From contig JWZX01002826.1 of the NCBI GenBank assembly GCA_001275005.1, positions 1-42,052 on the forward strand: a stretch of 42,052 nt of DNA, given 5' to 3'. Positions 1-12,056 of the stretch are shown here, in pieces. The position numbers and the translations under genes were made by a program. This stretch comes from Chrysochromulina tobinii (taxonomy: Eukaryota). How positions within the stretch are numbered: the first letter of the stretch is position 1; each line of letters begins with the position of its first letter. The notes under the pieces are model-generated. The model saw nothing but the letters and a program-made list of their open reading frames with translations, had not been told where the DNA came from and ran no database searches.

Positions 1-2498
1 CGGGCGCCGGGGCGGGCGCCGGAGGGGCACTCGGCAGCTCGTGCGCCGCAGCCTCCTCGGCAAGGGGCAGTGGCACCAATGCATCGGGGAGCAGCACCTC
101 ATCATCCTCGTCCTCGTCCACCATCGTCGTCATCGCGCTCCGCAACACGCCCGGTACGACGCCCCGAACGTTCGTAGCCTCGGCCACGCCAACTGCCCAG
201 GACCGCGGCGGCTGCATCGGCAGGCTGCGCGGCTCGTCCTCGTCGTCTTCAGTCAAGACGAGAAGCACGGCGTCGTCTTCGTCCTCCTCGTCGTCCACGG
301 ATCCGAGGGCGAACGCGACCACATCGCTGCAACCCTCGCTGTGTTCACAGCCGCCCTCGCTGCCCTCACAGCTGCATCCCGTGCTGCTGCCGCCGCCGCC
401 GCCGCTGCTCGGTGCCACGAGGGTCGCGCTGCTCGGCGAAGAGGGCGCCTCGGTGGCCGCTCCCGTCAGTGTCGGGCTGCGGGGGGAGATCGAGGGGGAG
501 ATCGAGAAGCGGAAGGCTGCCGACGCCATCGCTCCAGTACCGGGCGGCGACAAGGTGGGCGGCGACAAGGTGGGTGGCGGCAACGCGGGCGGCGGCAGCG
601 CGGGCGGCTTCAAAGCCACGTCCTCTGGCGGCGTAGCAGCCAGTTTCGGTGGCGGCGGTCCCTCCTCCATCGCCTCGGAGTCATCCCCAGAGGCCCCAGC
701 CCATCGGCCCGAGAGATGGCACCACACCTGACGAACCCCACTTGGGCCCTTGGGCGCGGCGCCCTTGTGCTGTCTGTGGGAAACCTCGGCGGCGGCGAAG
801 CGCGCATCCACGGCCACCCAGGGAGGGGCGGCGGCGGCAGCGTCATGAATGGCCGGTGTGTGAATGGCCGGGGTGGCCGGGGTGGCCGGGGTTCCGGCGT
901 TGGCGGCCGAATCCGCGGCGTTGTCATCAACGGCGTCATCAACGGCGTCGTCAACGGCGCCGGTATCCAACGGGCGCTTGCTACGCCGCGAAGACGACGG
1001 ATCCGCCGCGCGCTTGCGCGGCGACGTGTCGTCTGAGGGCGAGGGGGCCTCGGCGGATTGCAGCTCGCGCACCGAGCGCGGCAGCTCCTCGAGCCATGGA
1101 GGCGAGATAGCCGCCGAGATAGCCGCCGAGGATTGCAGCTCGCGCACCGAGCGCGGCAGCTCCTCGAGCCATGGAGGCGGCTCTGCAATCGTGCTCACCA
1201 GCCTGGCGAGCAGGCTCGACAGCGCCCGACGAGGGGCGCCTTGGGGCGCGACAGCCGAGTCACCCACGTCGAGAGGCGCGAAGGCTTCGGTCTCCAGTTG
1301 GACAGCATCCGGTTGGGCAGCACCCGGTTGGCACGTCACGCGCACCGCCTCGGCGCCGGGAAGAGACACACGAGCCTCCTCGGCAGCGGTGTGTGAATGG
1401 CATACAAGCGCGTGTGAAATGCGTGCAGGCGGCGGCACGGGCGACACGATGGGCGGCGGCGGGGCAGGCACCACGGCCAACATCCGCGACATGATTGCAG
1501 CCGCATGAGAGGGGGGGGCAACGGCCCTGCGAACGGAGAACTGCGCAGCAGGTGCGGCCGCCGCGTCGGAGGCAGCCTCGTCGCATGGGCCAGTCTTCGT
1601 CTCGGACGGCTGTGGCGGCGAGCGGAAGCTCAGGCGGACGCGCGGCACGGCAGCGCTCGCCCGCTCCTTGCCAGCCCGCTTGCTCGGCGGCGCTGCCGCA
1701 GCTGCGCTCGCAGTGGTCGCGGCCGGTCGAGTGCACTTGGGCGCTGCGGACTCGTCTGACGAATCACGCTGCACGAAGCCGGCGGGGAGTGGTACTTGCA
1801 GCGCGCCGAGCACGGGGGAAAAGGGCGAGCAGGCCGCCGCCGCAGCACACTGCGGCGGCGTCAGCGGCGCTTCGGAAGCAGCCCGTGTGGCTGTAGCTGC
1901 GGTCGTCGCCGCCGACGGTGGGTTCACGGAGCACGTCGCGGGGGGCAAGGCGACTGATGCCGTGGGCGGCAGGGAAGACCTTTGCGGCAGAGGCTGGCGG
2001 GGTCGCTTGTGGTCTGTCGAGCTCGGCAAGTCGATGCCGCTGCCTCGCAGCCGCTTGGGACGCCCGCCATTGGCGTCCTCCTCGTCATCCGTCGAGGTTG
2101 GCGTGACTGTAGGGACGCTGCTGCCGCCCCCTTCGCTGCTGCTGCATCCTGTCGCGGCGGCGTCGCTGCTGCTGCATCCTACTTCGCTGCCAAAGTTGGC
2201 AGCTCCACGGCTGCGTCCTGCCTCGCTGCTGCTCGTCGCCTTGGCGCCGGCGCCGTCCGCACCACCGCCCCCGCGGCTACTGCCGCCGCCATTGCCCGTA
2301 GCCGTCGCAGGTCCAGGTGTGGCCGAGGCTTGCAGCAGCAGCAGCTGCTGCTGCTGCTGCTGCTGCTGCTCGCGCTGCTGGCGCTGCTGGCGCTGCAGCT
2401 GCTGGCGCTGGCGCTTGGCCGCCATGCCCGCGAAATTAGCCGCCATCAGGGCCATCTGGGCCGTCAGCCGGAGGGGCCGGTGCGCGCCGCTGTCCGCC

Positions 2499-2538
<40 letters not shown>

Positions 2539-3925
2539 TGCCGTCTGCTGGCGCGTGAGCGCCGTTGCCGCCCCCGCTGGTGCCGCCGGCGGCGCTCGCA
2601 GCGGCGCACTGGCACGCGTCCGCGACGGCCTGGCACGAGGGCGGCAGCACGGTCGCGCTCGAAGCGTCGCCGCGAAGAATGGCGGGGTCGTCAAGGTCGA
2701 AGCCGAATCGGACTGTGTACAGCCGTCGTTTGATGAGGTTGCCCGCGCCGCGGAACTTGTCCTGGATGGACACGAGCACGATGGTTGCGCCTGGAGGCAG
2801 GTGGTACCCCATGCCGCCCAGGTGCACCATCGAGCGGTGCAGCCGCGCGCCGCGCGCGCCGCTGGCGTTCGCGCCGGCACAGCTGCCCGGGGCAAAGCCC
2901 GGCGCACCACCCGCTGCGTCGCCTGCCGCGCTGGCGTCGGAGGGCTCCGAGAGGAAGCAGACGACATCGGACTCACCTGGCATCCACTCGCGCACGCCCG
3001 AGCGCGACACGTAGGAGCACGCGCCGCGGCTGGTCTGGAACGTCTCGGGAGCCGCGGTTGCCACAACGAGCGTCGACGAGACGAAAGTGATCCCGAGCTC
3101 CGCGTCTGGATGCAAGCAACGCCAGGCCTCATCATTGGTCGTGAGGCCAAGTGGACCGGTGAGGTTCAAGTACACGGGCGGCGCGGGCGCGGCGCGCGCG
3201 CCCTTGGCCACGCGCTCGAGCAGCGTGCGGCCGATGAACGCGCGGCTTGCAGAGTAGTCGTGGCTCCCGTCGCGTGCTGCGCGTGCGAGCGCGCCGGCGC
3301 CACCGCACGCAAGTAGAGTGTACCCGACGGCCTGCTCGCGCTCCCAACCCTCCTCGCGGCAGAGGTAGCCGATCTGCGGCTCGAAGGCGCCCACGTGGAT
3401 CCACTCGACCGACTCGGGCCGCCCCGCGCGCATCCTCTCGGGAGCGGCGCACCTCTCCTGCCCCTGCAAGCGCAGCTGCTCGGCGCGCACGCGTCGCCAC
3501 TCGACGCGCCAGCCGGAGTCGGGCTCCTTGAGTGACTCGCGCTCGCGCCGCTCCGCGTCGGACACGAGCCCGTCGATGGCCGGATCCCCCATTGGGGCGT
3601 GCCACCAGCAGATGGGCTGGTCCTTGCCTGCGGGAGCGCAGTGGCTGGCGCATCGCGCAGGCCACTTGGCCTCGCACTCAGCGCACGTGCCTACGGAGTG
3701 CACGCGGCTCGCGATGCGCGGCCAATCGGCCCGCTTCGCCGCCTTCGCGCTGATCCGTTCCGCCGCCGCGCCGCCCTGGAGGTGCGCGTCCGCTGTGTGC
3801 AGCCCGGGAGACTGGTTCTTTGTCGGCGAGGCAGGCGTATTGGTGAGGGCGTGCGAACCCGGCCGCAGGGGACTGGATTCGGTGTCGTCGAGGACGATCT
3901 GGTACCCCGACCAGGGCACCGGCAT
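1..3925 (-). CDS. Large low-complexity hypothetical protein (>1300 aa), 3'-truncated by the window edge
   Basis: ATG at 3925 (MPVPWSGYQIVLDD...), just after an in-frame TGA. Spot translations in the same frame read as protein down to position 1 (...VDDEEDEDDAVLLV...VDEDEDDEVLLPD...). The ORF track lists no closed ORF in this frame, consistent with it being open to the edge. Has poly-Q, poly-G, Pro-rich and acidic tracts. The many + strand ORFs here are antisense shadows. Confidence 0.75.
1055..1179. repeat. 50-bp direct duplication (1055-1104 and 1130-1179) separated by GAGATAGCCGCC micro-repeats; in frame (75-bp period)
   Basis: ggattgcagctcgcgcaccgagcgcggcagctcctcgagccatggaggcg occurs twice; encodes PPWLEELPRSVRELQS twice on the - strand. 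Confidence 0.9.
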
Positions 3926-4199
3926 CGCCGCCCCTCAAAAGGCGACACCGCCCGCCAGGAGACGCGCCGAGGGCGGGCTCGGCTTCCTTTTGCCCTTCAC
4001 CGTGGCCCGCCTCTCACAGACGTTCACACCGACGAGTTTCGTGAAATTTGCCCTGAGGCGCATGTAGCACTCTTCGTACCCGGTATCCATTTAAGTTAAT
4101 TGGATATAGTTTGCGAACAAAAGGGTAACGTTATGCGTGTATTCATATGAACAAAAGGATACATTTTTGAACCTCAACGCTCACTACTTGTACTCCTGG

Positions 4200-6914
4200 A
4201 TGGCCGCGCTGGGCGGCCCCGTGAAGACCGTTCCGATGCCGCTGCGGGATTTTTTGTGCCGCCGCGCGAACATCGCGGCGGAACGGGTCGACGGCTTGGT
4301 CAGCCTGCTGCAGGAACATTGGGTCGATGACGTGCGCACTCTGCGTGAGTGCTTGCCATCGCTTGAGAACAAGCTGCCCGCGGCGGCCTTTGTGGCCATC
4401 AGCCGCGCCATCGAGCAGGCCCCGAGCGAGCTGTTCGACCCGGTCACGGCCACATTGCAGGGCGAGGGCGGCGGCTGTGGAAGCTCGAGCACCGACGCCG
4501 CGACCGTGCCGGCAGCAGCTGCCACCCTCAGGCCCGAGCACGAGGCAATCTTGCTCTTCCAGCGCCACCAAGAGATGGAGGCGGTGAAGAGGCGCGAGGC
4601 GTTTCGCGCGGATGTGCGCCGCCACCGTCAGCTCGTGCGCCGGCTGCGGCCGTGGCCGTGGGTCATCTCGCCCGACTCTCAGACAGCGGCCTTGTGGGAA
4701 GGTCTTGTGGTGCACGGGTGCGTGTTCGCGGCGCTGGTGACGCCCTTCGAGGTGGGCCTCCTCGACCTGCACGACGACGGCCTCTGGATCGCCAACCGCG
4801 TCGTGGACGGTCTCTTTGGCCTCGACGTGCTCCTCTCGCTTGGATTCCTCGCCTACCGCGAGGCTCCACAGGCGGGCGGTAGGCTCGTCCGCGAGCCACG
4901 TAGGATTGCGTACCGCTACGCGCGCAGCGGCGCGCTGCTGATCGACGTGCTCGCCGCCGTGCCGTGGGAGCTTGTGCTCTTGCTGCTCAGCGCAGGGCCC
5001 AAGGCGATGCTCGTCGGCGCAGACGCGACGGGAGTGCGCGCTGAGAACGCACGGCTCGTGCGTCTCGCGACGCTTCTCCGGCTGCTCAAGCTGGGCGCGC
5101 GGCTCGGTCGGTTTGGGCGCGCGCTTAGCCGTTGGGAGCGGCCGCGGGCCGTGTGCTTCGGTCTCGTGCCCGCGCACACGGCCGTGCTCCTCCCGTGCGT
5201 GCTCGCCAGCCTCGCGCTCCTCACCCACTGGCTCGCATGCCTTTGGGCGTACGTGGGGCGAACGGCGCGGACTCTTGAGCTCTCGACTGGCTACGGGGCG
5301 TCGTCATGGATCGATCACGCGGGCCTCCCCGCCGACGTGTTGCCCCACGTGCTCTATGCCGCCGCGCTGCAGCCTGCGATCGCCGCTGTCCTCGGCGGCG
5401 TCGCCACCGGCGGCGGCATACCCGCTGGAGGCTTGATGATGTTGCCCAATTGGAGGGTCCTCGGCATTGGCGGGAGCACGACGGTCGAGGGTGGAGGCGC
5501 GACGGCGACGGCGGAGGCATCGGAGGCGCCGGAGGCGCCGGTGCGCATGCCCGCTGCCGCCGTGCTGAGCGATGGCGAGGCGTACGTGCATGCAATCATG
5601 CTCTTGGTGGGCGGCGCCGCTTGGGCGGCCGCCCTGGCCGCATGCTGCTGCGCCGCGACAACTAGCTGGCCGCAGCTCGGACTCGCGGCGGCCGAGTCGG
5701 CACAGCTCGAGGTGCTCTGTGGGGAGCGCCGGCTCCCTCGCGCGCTCGCCACACGCCTCGGCGGGTACCTCGAGCACGCGCGCGCGCCGCTCGCGCAAGT
5801 TGTAACGGCCAAACGCGTGCTGAGCGCCACCTCATCGAGGCTCCAAGGTGACGTGGCGATCGCCCTCTCGCGCCCGCTGCTGCAGCGCGTGCCCTATTTT
5901 GGCAAGTCGCTCGGGCTCGAACCGGACTTCCTCGCAAGCATCTCCCTCGCTCTCGAGCGCGCCGTCGTCGGACCACGCGACCTTCTCTCCGCTGATCGGC
6001 TCACGGTCATCGAGAGTGGCCGAGCGATCCTCCGCGGACGCCTCCTCCTCCCCTCCAGTCACTTTGGCGAGACCATGCTGGTGACGCTCCCCGTGCTGCG
6101 CGATCGTACGCCGGCGATTGCCCTCACCTATGTGAGCAGCGTCACCCTCTCGCGTACGGCTCTCGTCGACGTCTTTGTCGCTGCCCACTACCCCCGCGCC
6201 GCCCACGCCGTGCGGCGCGCCGCGGTGCGCATGGCGCTGTGTCGCGCGGTGCTGCTCCTCGCGGAGCGCCTGCGCGCGGCGCCGCCTGTTGGCCAAGGGG
6301 GCGGGCCATCACCCGTGCTGCTCAGTGTGAAGCCGTTGCGCGAGCTTCTGCTCGAGGGCGACCAATCGGGCGCCGCGGGTGCGAGCGCACGGGGGTGGTC
6401 GGTGGGAGGGGGAGGCGCGTTTGGAGGCGCGTTAGGAGGCGCGAGCCCGGGGGCCTTAAGCGCGGCGTCCCTTGCCGCTGCCGCTGCCGCCGCCGCGAAG
6501 GCGGCCGCGCGCATGGATCGGGATGGACAGCGGGGAGCGATCGCATCGGTGCCCGTCACGGCGCTCCGCCCACCCGACGCGGAGGCGCTCGCCGAGGCGC
6601 GACTGCGCTCGCAACTCGATGCATGCACCGGCCGCCTGGAGGCTGCCTTCGACGTGCTCGCTGCGCAGTGGCAGCATCCCTCGACGACGACAAGGACGCC
6701 TTATCGCCCCGGCACGTCGCGCGACAGGCTCGGCTCGTCGCGTAACCGTTACTCGCTCTCGCCGCCGCGGGCCAGCCGCACGGTGCGCGCGCGCCGCAAC
6801 CACCATCACGCGCGCTACCCGGCGGCACCCACGTTTGTGGTGCCGCGCGACGGGCTGCCCGCAGATCACATGTCGCACGAGCTGCCGAGGACGCTCGATG
6901 CGGTCAGCTGCTAG
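4200..6914 (+). CDS. Cyclic-nucleotide-binding-domain (KCNH/CNG/HCN-like) ion channel homologue with atypical pore
   Basis: S1 WVISPDS...VTPFEVG, S2 NRVVDGLFGLDVLL, REPRRIAYRY...LIDVLAAVPWE, S4 RLVRLATLLRLLKL, S5 HWLACLW, C-linker and CNBD (LQRVPYF...HFGETML...AIALTY). First ATG at 4200. No TxGYG filter visible. Confidence 0.8.
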   Translation: MAALGGPVKTVPMPLRDFLCRRANIAAERVDGLVSLLQEHWVDDVRTLRECLPSLENKLPAAAFVAISRAIEQAPSELFDPVTATLQGEGGGCGSSSTDAATVPAAAATLRPEHEAILLFQRHQEMEAVKRREAFRADVRRHRQLVRRLRPWPWVISPDSQTAALWEGLVVHGCVFAALVTPFEVGLLDLHDDGLWIANRVVDGLFGLDVLLSLGFLAYREAPQAGGRLVREPRRIAYRYARSGALLIDVLAAVPWELVLLLLSAGPKAMLVGADATGVRAENARLVRLATLLRLLKLGARLGRFGRALSRWERPRAVCFGLVPAHTAVLLPCVLASLALLTHWLACLWAYVGRTARTLELSTGYGASSWIDHAGLPADVLPHVLYAAALQPAIAAVLGGVATGGGIPAGGLMMLPNWRVLGIGGSTTVEGGGATATAEASEAPEAPVRMPAAAVLSDGEAYVHAIMLLVGGAAWAAALAACCCAATTSWPQLGLAAAESAQLEVLCGERRLPRALATRLGGYLEHARAPLAQVVTAKRVLSATSSRLQGDVAIALSRPLLQRVPYFGKSLGLEPDFLASISLALERAVVGPRDLLSADRLTVIESGRAILRGRLLLPSSHFGETMLVTLPVLRDRTPAIALTYVSSVTLSRTALVDVFVAAHYPRAAHAVRRAAVRMALCRAVLLLAERLRAAPPVGQGGGPSPVLLSVKPLRELLLEGDQSGAAGASARGWSVGGGGAFGGALGGASPGALSAASLAAAAAAAAKAAARMDRDGQRGAIASVPVTALRPPDAEALAEARLRSQLDACTGRLEAAFDVLAAQWQHPSTTTRTPYRPGTSRDRLGSSRNRYSLSPPRASRTVRARRNHHHARYPAAPTFVVPRDGLPADHMSHELPRTLDAVSC

Positions 6915-7252
6915 ACGGCTCACGACAATCTAGACTCAGCGCGAATCCACGTATCCGTCGTATCATATGTGTTGCAAGTAATCAAGTAATCGCGTGAAGA
7001 ACGCTGAACGCTTCGTCTTGCGGTGACAAACGAAACATACACCCGCAGTTTGGCACGCGCAGACTTACGCGATACATCGGATGCGGAGTTTCAGCGAAGT
7101 GATTTCACCTTCAGCACATCTGACATCGATCATCGTCAGTGTTGGTTCAGCTACACGGGAGGTGTGTTTTGTTTTCACACGTGTCGGCGGTGTGATTTTC
7201 CATTCCTCTCGAAATGAAGTCCGGTTGCGTCTGTGTTTCTTGAGCAGGCGGC

Positions 7253-8390
7253 ATGCCGATGCGCCAGCGCCGCATCGAAGTCAGCCTCGTCGCTATCATG
7301 ACGGTTACCGTGTCGGACGCCCTCACGATCACCGTTTGCCAGGGCGGTGCTTGCCAGCGCAATGGGGCGGTGCAGCTGTTGCAGGCGCTCCAGAGCCTCT
7401 CCAGCGGTGAGGATGTCACTATCACGGCCGCGCCGTGCTGCTCCATCTGCCCTAGCAAGGATATCGTGGTCAAACAGGGGAGCAAGCAGCAATTTGTCAA
7501 GGTCTCGACATTGGCTACGGTTCTCGAAACGGCGACGGCGGTCCTGACAGAGCTTCCGGGAGTTGCTCCATCGACCAGCCTGATCGAAGCTGTCCGCGCC
7601 AAGTTCATGGGTGACGAGGCGCTGCGCCAAGGGCAGTGGCTGGCCGCTGCGGAGCAGTACGACGTGGCGCTCGGTTCGGACGAGGCCGCCGCCATACTCG
7701 CGAGCCCGGCCGAGCATGCGCAGCCGCCGGCTGCGCCGGCTCCGCTTGAGTGGGAGAGCTCGGTGTGGCACGAGACGCGGTGGCAGTCTTCGCTACGCTT
7801 CGACGAGTCGGTGACGGCCTTTGAGTTCGGCGTGTGTGCAAACGAGGCGGTGAAGCTCACGGGCGCGACGATCGACGACGAACTCAATCTCCGCGGCGAG
7901 CTCGAGACGGCAGAAGGCTACGGCTCCTTTTGCATCGCGATGACGCCGGACGGGCGCTCCTTCACGGGAGTGTGCGTGCTCGAGCAAGGCGAGGAGGAGC
8001 CTCCGTGGACCTCTGATTGCACCTCGGAGAGCCCCTGATTGCCTCTGATTGATCCTGATCGACTCCGACTCAGACTCATCAGGCGAGGAGCATCCGTGGA
8101 CCGGCAGCCGCTCACCCGCGGATGGTGGTGGTGGCGCCGACGAAATCGCACCTCAGCTCTCGTGGCTCATCGAGGCGCTCATCGGGCGCTCGCGAGCGCG
8201 CGCGCAGATCGCGCAGGCCGACGGCGCGATGCAGGACGCGGAGGCGGCCGTGGCGCTGGCCGGCCTGACACCGCGCTGCTGGGACGCGCTGGCGACCGCG
8301 GCAGCCGCTGCGGGCTTGGAGGAGCGCCGCTGTGAAGCGGAGGTCGAGGCGAGGTGGCTCAGGGCCGAGGGCCCTGATGATGTGAGATAA
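7253..8390 (+). CDS. Thioredoxin-like (2Fe-2S) ferredoxin domain plus TPR-like helical protein; exons 7253-7988 and 8083-8390
   Basis: ITVCQGGACQRNGA...APCCSICP Cys pattern; C-terminal TPR-like LIGRSRARAQ...AMQDAEAAVAL...WDALA. Splicing joins ORFs 7253 and 8049 in frame (EQG|EEHPWTG; 1044 nt). Confidence 0.7.
7989..8082 (+). other. GC-AG spliceosomal intron (94 bp) starting with a copy of the downstream exon start
   Basis: CAAG|gcgaggaggagcctccgtggacc...ctgattgc repeats...gactcatcag|GCGAGGAGCATCCGTGGACC; removal restores the frame and removes the stop at 8036-8038. Confidence 0.75.
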
Positions 8391-8588
8391 CTATCGTCGG
8401 TACGACTTGAGAGGTTGTGAACATAGACTTTCCGTGGGATCTGTGACGATAACACGTATTCACTTTCGTTTCGCACATGGATTCATAACCGAACAGGCAA
8501 GACGTCGTCGCCGGTCGTCACGCCACATACGCGACATACCGATGCCGCCCGGCGGTCACGCTCACGCGTCGGAGTCGCGCGCGCTGAG

Positions 8589-8841
8589 CTAGTCTCCGGA
8601 GTCCTGTGTGCCCTCGGCGCGCGCGCAGAGCGAGTGTACGTCCGGGGTCTCCGGACCCGACGGGATTTCTCCGCACTCCGGGGATCCGTCGACCTTTTAT
8701 ATAGTAATATATTGCTAGTCTCCGGAGTCCTGTGTGCCCTCGGCGCGCGCGCGGAGCGAGTGTACGTCCGGGGTCTCCGGACCCGACGGGATTTCTCCGC
8801 AGCTCCGGGGATCCGTCGACCTTTTATATAGTAATATATTG
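8589..8841 (-). mobile_element. Two head-to-tail ~126-bp copies (8589-8714, 8715-8841) of a non-autonomous Helitron-like element
   Basis: Near-identical tandem units. On the - strand each starts caatatattactatataaaagg, contains GC hairpins (gtccgg-agacc-ccggac; ctccggag) and ends in CTAG. The repeat is certain; the Helitron class is inference (no 5' TC). Confidence 0.55.
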
Positions 8842-8930
8842 TTTGGGACAAGCGGCCGAAGGGCGCCGAGGCCGACATATCAAAGACCGACACGACAGCA
8901 GATTGATCAACAAGATTAGAGCATTACGCA

Positions 8931-10145
<1,215 letters not shown>

Positions 10146-10536
10146 CTAAAGCTAGACCAGGCTCTGAATCGCTGTGGGTGGGTGGGAACACATCATCTCT
10201 CTCATGTACTTCTGGCCTGTGCGCATCGATCGTCGGGACGGAGCAGCCGACCGAGAAGGAACTGACGCCGATGGACCGTCGGCGAGTTAAGTTTCCTCTG
10301 GTGCCCATACCGCGTGAGCAGCATACAAGCTCATTCCGTTTTCCCCACAGGGTGCCTATGAGGCTTTCCCCTGGGGAGCCCCATCCCCCCCAACGGCGGA
10401 GAGATCCCTGCATACCCAGGGGGCTCTCCGTACATCTGTGGTTCCATGAACATGGAGACCGTACCATGTGATCGACACCTTCACGTTGAGTTCACAGCTG
10501 CGTAACTTTGGGCGTCACGCAGCATTCTCGACCCAA

Positions 10537-10603
10537 ATTTGGACCCCTTCAATCCAAATTCCGACAATATTTGGACCCCTAGTTCAATCCAAATTCCGAC
10601 AAT
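10537..10603. repeat. ~33-bp tandem duplication in an AT-richer intergenic segment
   Basis: atttggacccct(agt)tcaatccaaattccgacaat twice; another aaattccgac near 10672. Confidence 0.8.
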
Positions 10604-10770
10604 TATTTTCCAAACAGACAGGAGATAACAGCACTCGTGATGGTGTCTGGTGTGGTTCACACCTGCGTTTGAAATTCCGACTATAGACCGGCTGAGTATT
10701 ATAACACGAGCAAATTCACACAAACGATGATTCTATAGCAGTTAGATGACGAATGAGCCGCGCCATCTCA

Positions 10771-11739
10771 TCAAAATGTTGGGCAAACGGCTCGAATGAA
10801 CGTCACGTCGATGCCGCCGCCCTCCCACTCGAGCGTCGCGAGGCGGTAGCCCAGCAGATGAAAGTGGTGGAGGAGCGCTGTCTGCTCGCCGACGGACATG
10901 AAGCGGTAGCGGCCTGAGAGGAGCTCGGTGGTGCAGTGCAGCTCGGCGGTCAACTGCTCAGGCAGCCAACGGTCCTCCGCCCGCCACGAGCTGAAGAGGT
11001 TGTGCTCGAATCCTTCGATGTCGACCTTGAGGAGCGAGAGCTTCTTGTGGCCGAGCCGCCGCTGCACCGTGCTGAGCGTCATGTAGCGCTGGTCGGGGTC
11101 GCCGTCGCGAGCCGAGATGCACCACGGGTGGAACCACAGCCGTTCGCCGAGCCGGCGCTCGGTCTGCCATCGCATGCCTTGCATCGTGCAGTCGAAGGTG
11201 TGCACGATGCAGCTCGTCGTAGAGTTGATCACGGCCCGCTCGAATGCGATGTCCCCGTTCGAGCCGAGCGAGTAAACTGTGCAGTCGTCGCGATGGCGAT
11301 ACGCGTCCCATGCGCACAGTGAGCGCGGTGCGTCCACACGCACATCAGCACGCATGCGCTTCTGCAGCATCTGCACACGTTGCCGATTGCCAATGCACGG
11401 CATCGTGCGTTGCCACAGGTTAAAGCTGTGCCGATTGTTCTGCCGAGTGGAAAGCAGGTCTTTGCCAGCCCAATTTGGCCGAGTGCCGCAGCCCACGTCC
11501 GAAAGGTTTTGGAGTTGGTACTTGATCACCCTGTAATTGGACCGGACATTGGCGGGCACGTGTGCCCATCGCTCAGGCTGCAGATTCTGCGAGCTCACGG
11601 CGTCGTGCAGCTGGCCGAGTGCCTGCTGCTCCCAATGGTTCATCTTTCGCTCGGCCTTAGCAAGCGCTGCCGCGGAGTAGGTAGCAAGCGACGGGGTGTT
11701 GCAGCGCCCGAAGGACGAGTCCGACGACTCCATACGCAT
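10771..11739 (-). CDS. FkbM/Methyltransf_22 (METTL24-like) SAM-dependent methyltransferase
   Basis: CTVYSLGSNGDIAFERAV, CIVHTFDCT, MTLSTVQRRLGH, LSLLKVDIEGFE, PEQLTAELH motifs. Confidence 0.85.
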   Translation of the reverse strand: MRMESSDSSFGRCNTPSLATYSAAALAKAERKMNHWEQQALGQLHDAVSSQNLQPERWAHVPANVRSNYRVIKYQLQNLSDVGCGTRPNWAGKDLLSTRQNNRHSFNLWQRTMPCIGNRQRVQMLQKRMRADVRVDAPRSLCAWDAYRHRDDCTVYSLGSNGDIAFERAVINSTTSCIVHTFDCTMQGMRWQTERRLGERLWFHPWCISARDGDPDQRYMTLSTVQRRLGHKKLSLLKVDIEGFEHNLFSSWRAEDRWLPEQLTAELHCTTELLSGRYRFMSVGEQTALLHHFHLLGYRLATLEWEGGGIDVTFIRAVCPTF

Positions 11740-12056
11740 GTACCAGGACGCAACCGAAGGTCGTGATAGGGGGGTTGTTTCGGCTCAGTATGAGAAACAT
11801 GTAATTATAAATGTCATTAAGCTAAGTAGGAGATTTTACATGTTCTTCCACTCTTTCATCTCCTGTAATCTCACCATGTGGTTGTGATCCTGAACCCACA
11901 CAACTGACACTTACCGGTAAGTTTTTTCACAGAACTGAGGCAGCTGACGAAGGTTCCAAAGATGTCAGCTTACTACCGGTAATATTAAACAACTGGTTCC
12001 GAGGCGGTGGCCGAGTACCCGGTAGACAGCTGGGTAACACCGGTGATTCACGCGCC

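Noticed and set aside
41..3316. Long + strand ORFs (41-1036, 864-1508, 1668-2558, 1982-3316) and similar overlapping ORFs throughout
   Set aside because: Antisense or off-frame shadows of real genes in GC-rich DNA; Arg/Ala-rich with no domain motifs.
8589..8841. CRISPR array
   Set aside because: Only two long adjacent copies, no spacers, no cas genes, eukaryotic context.
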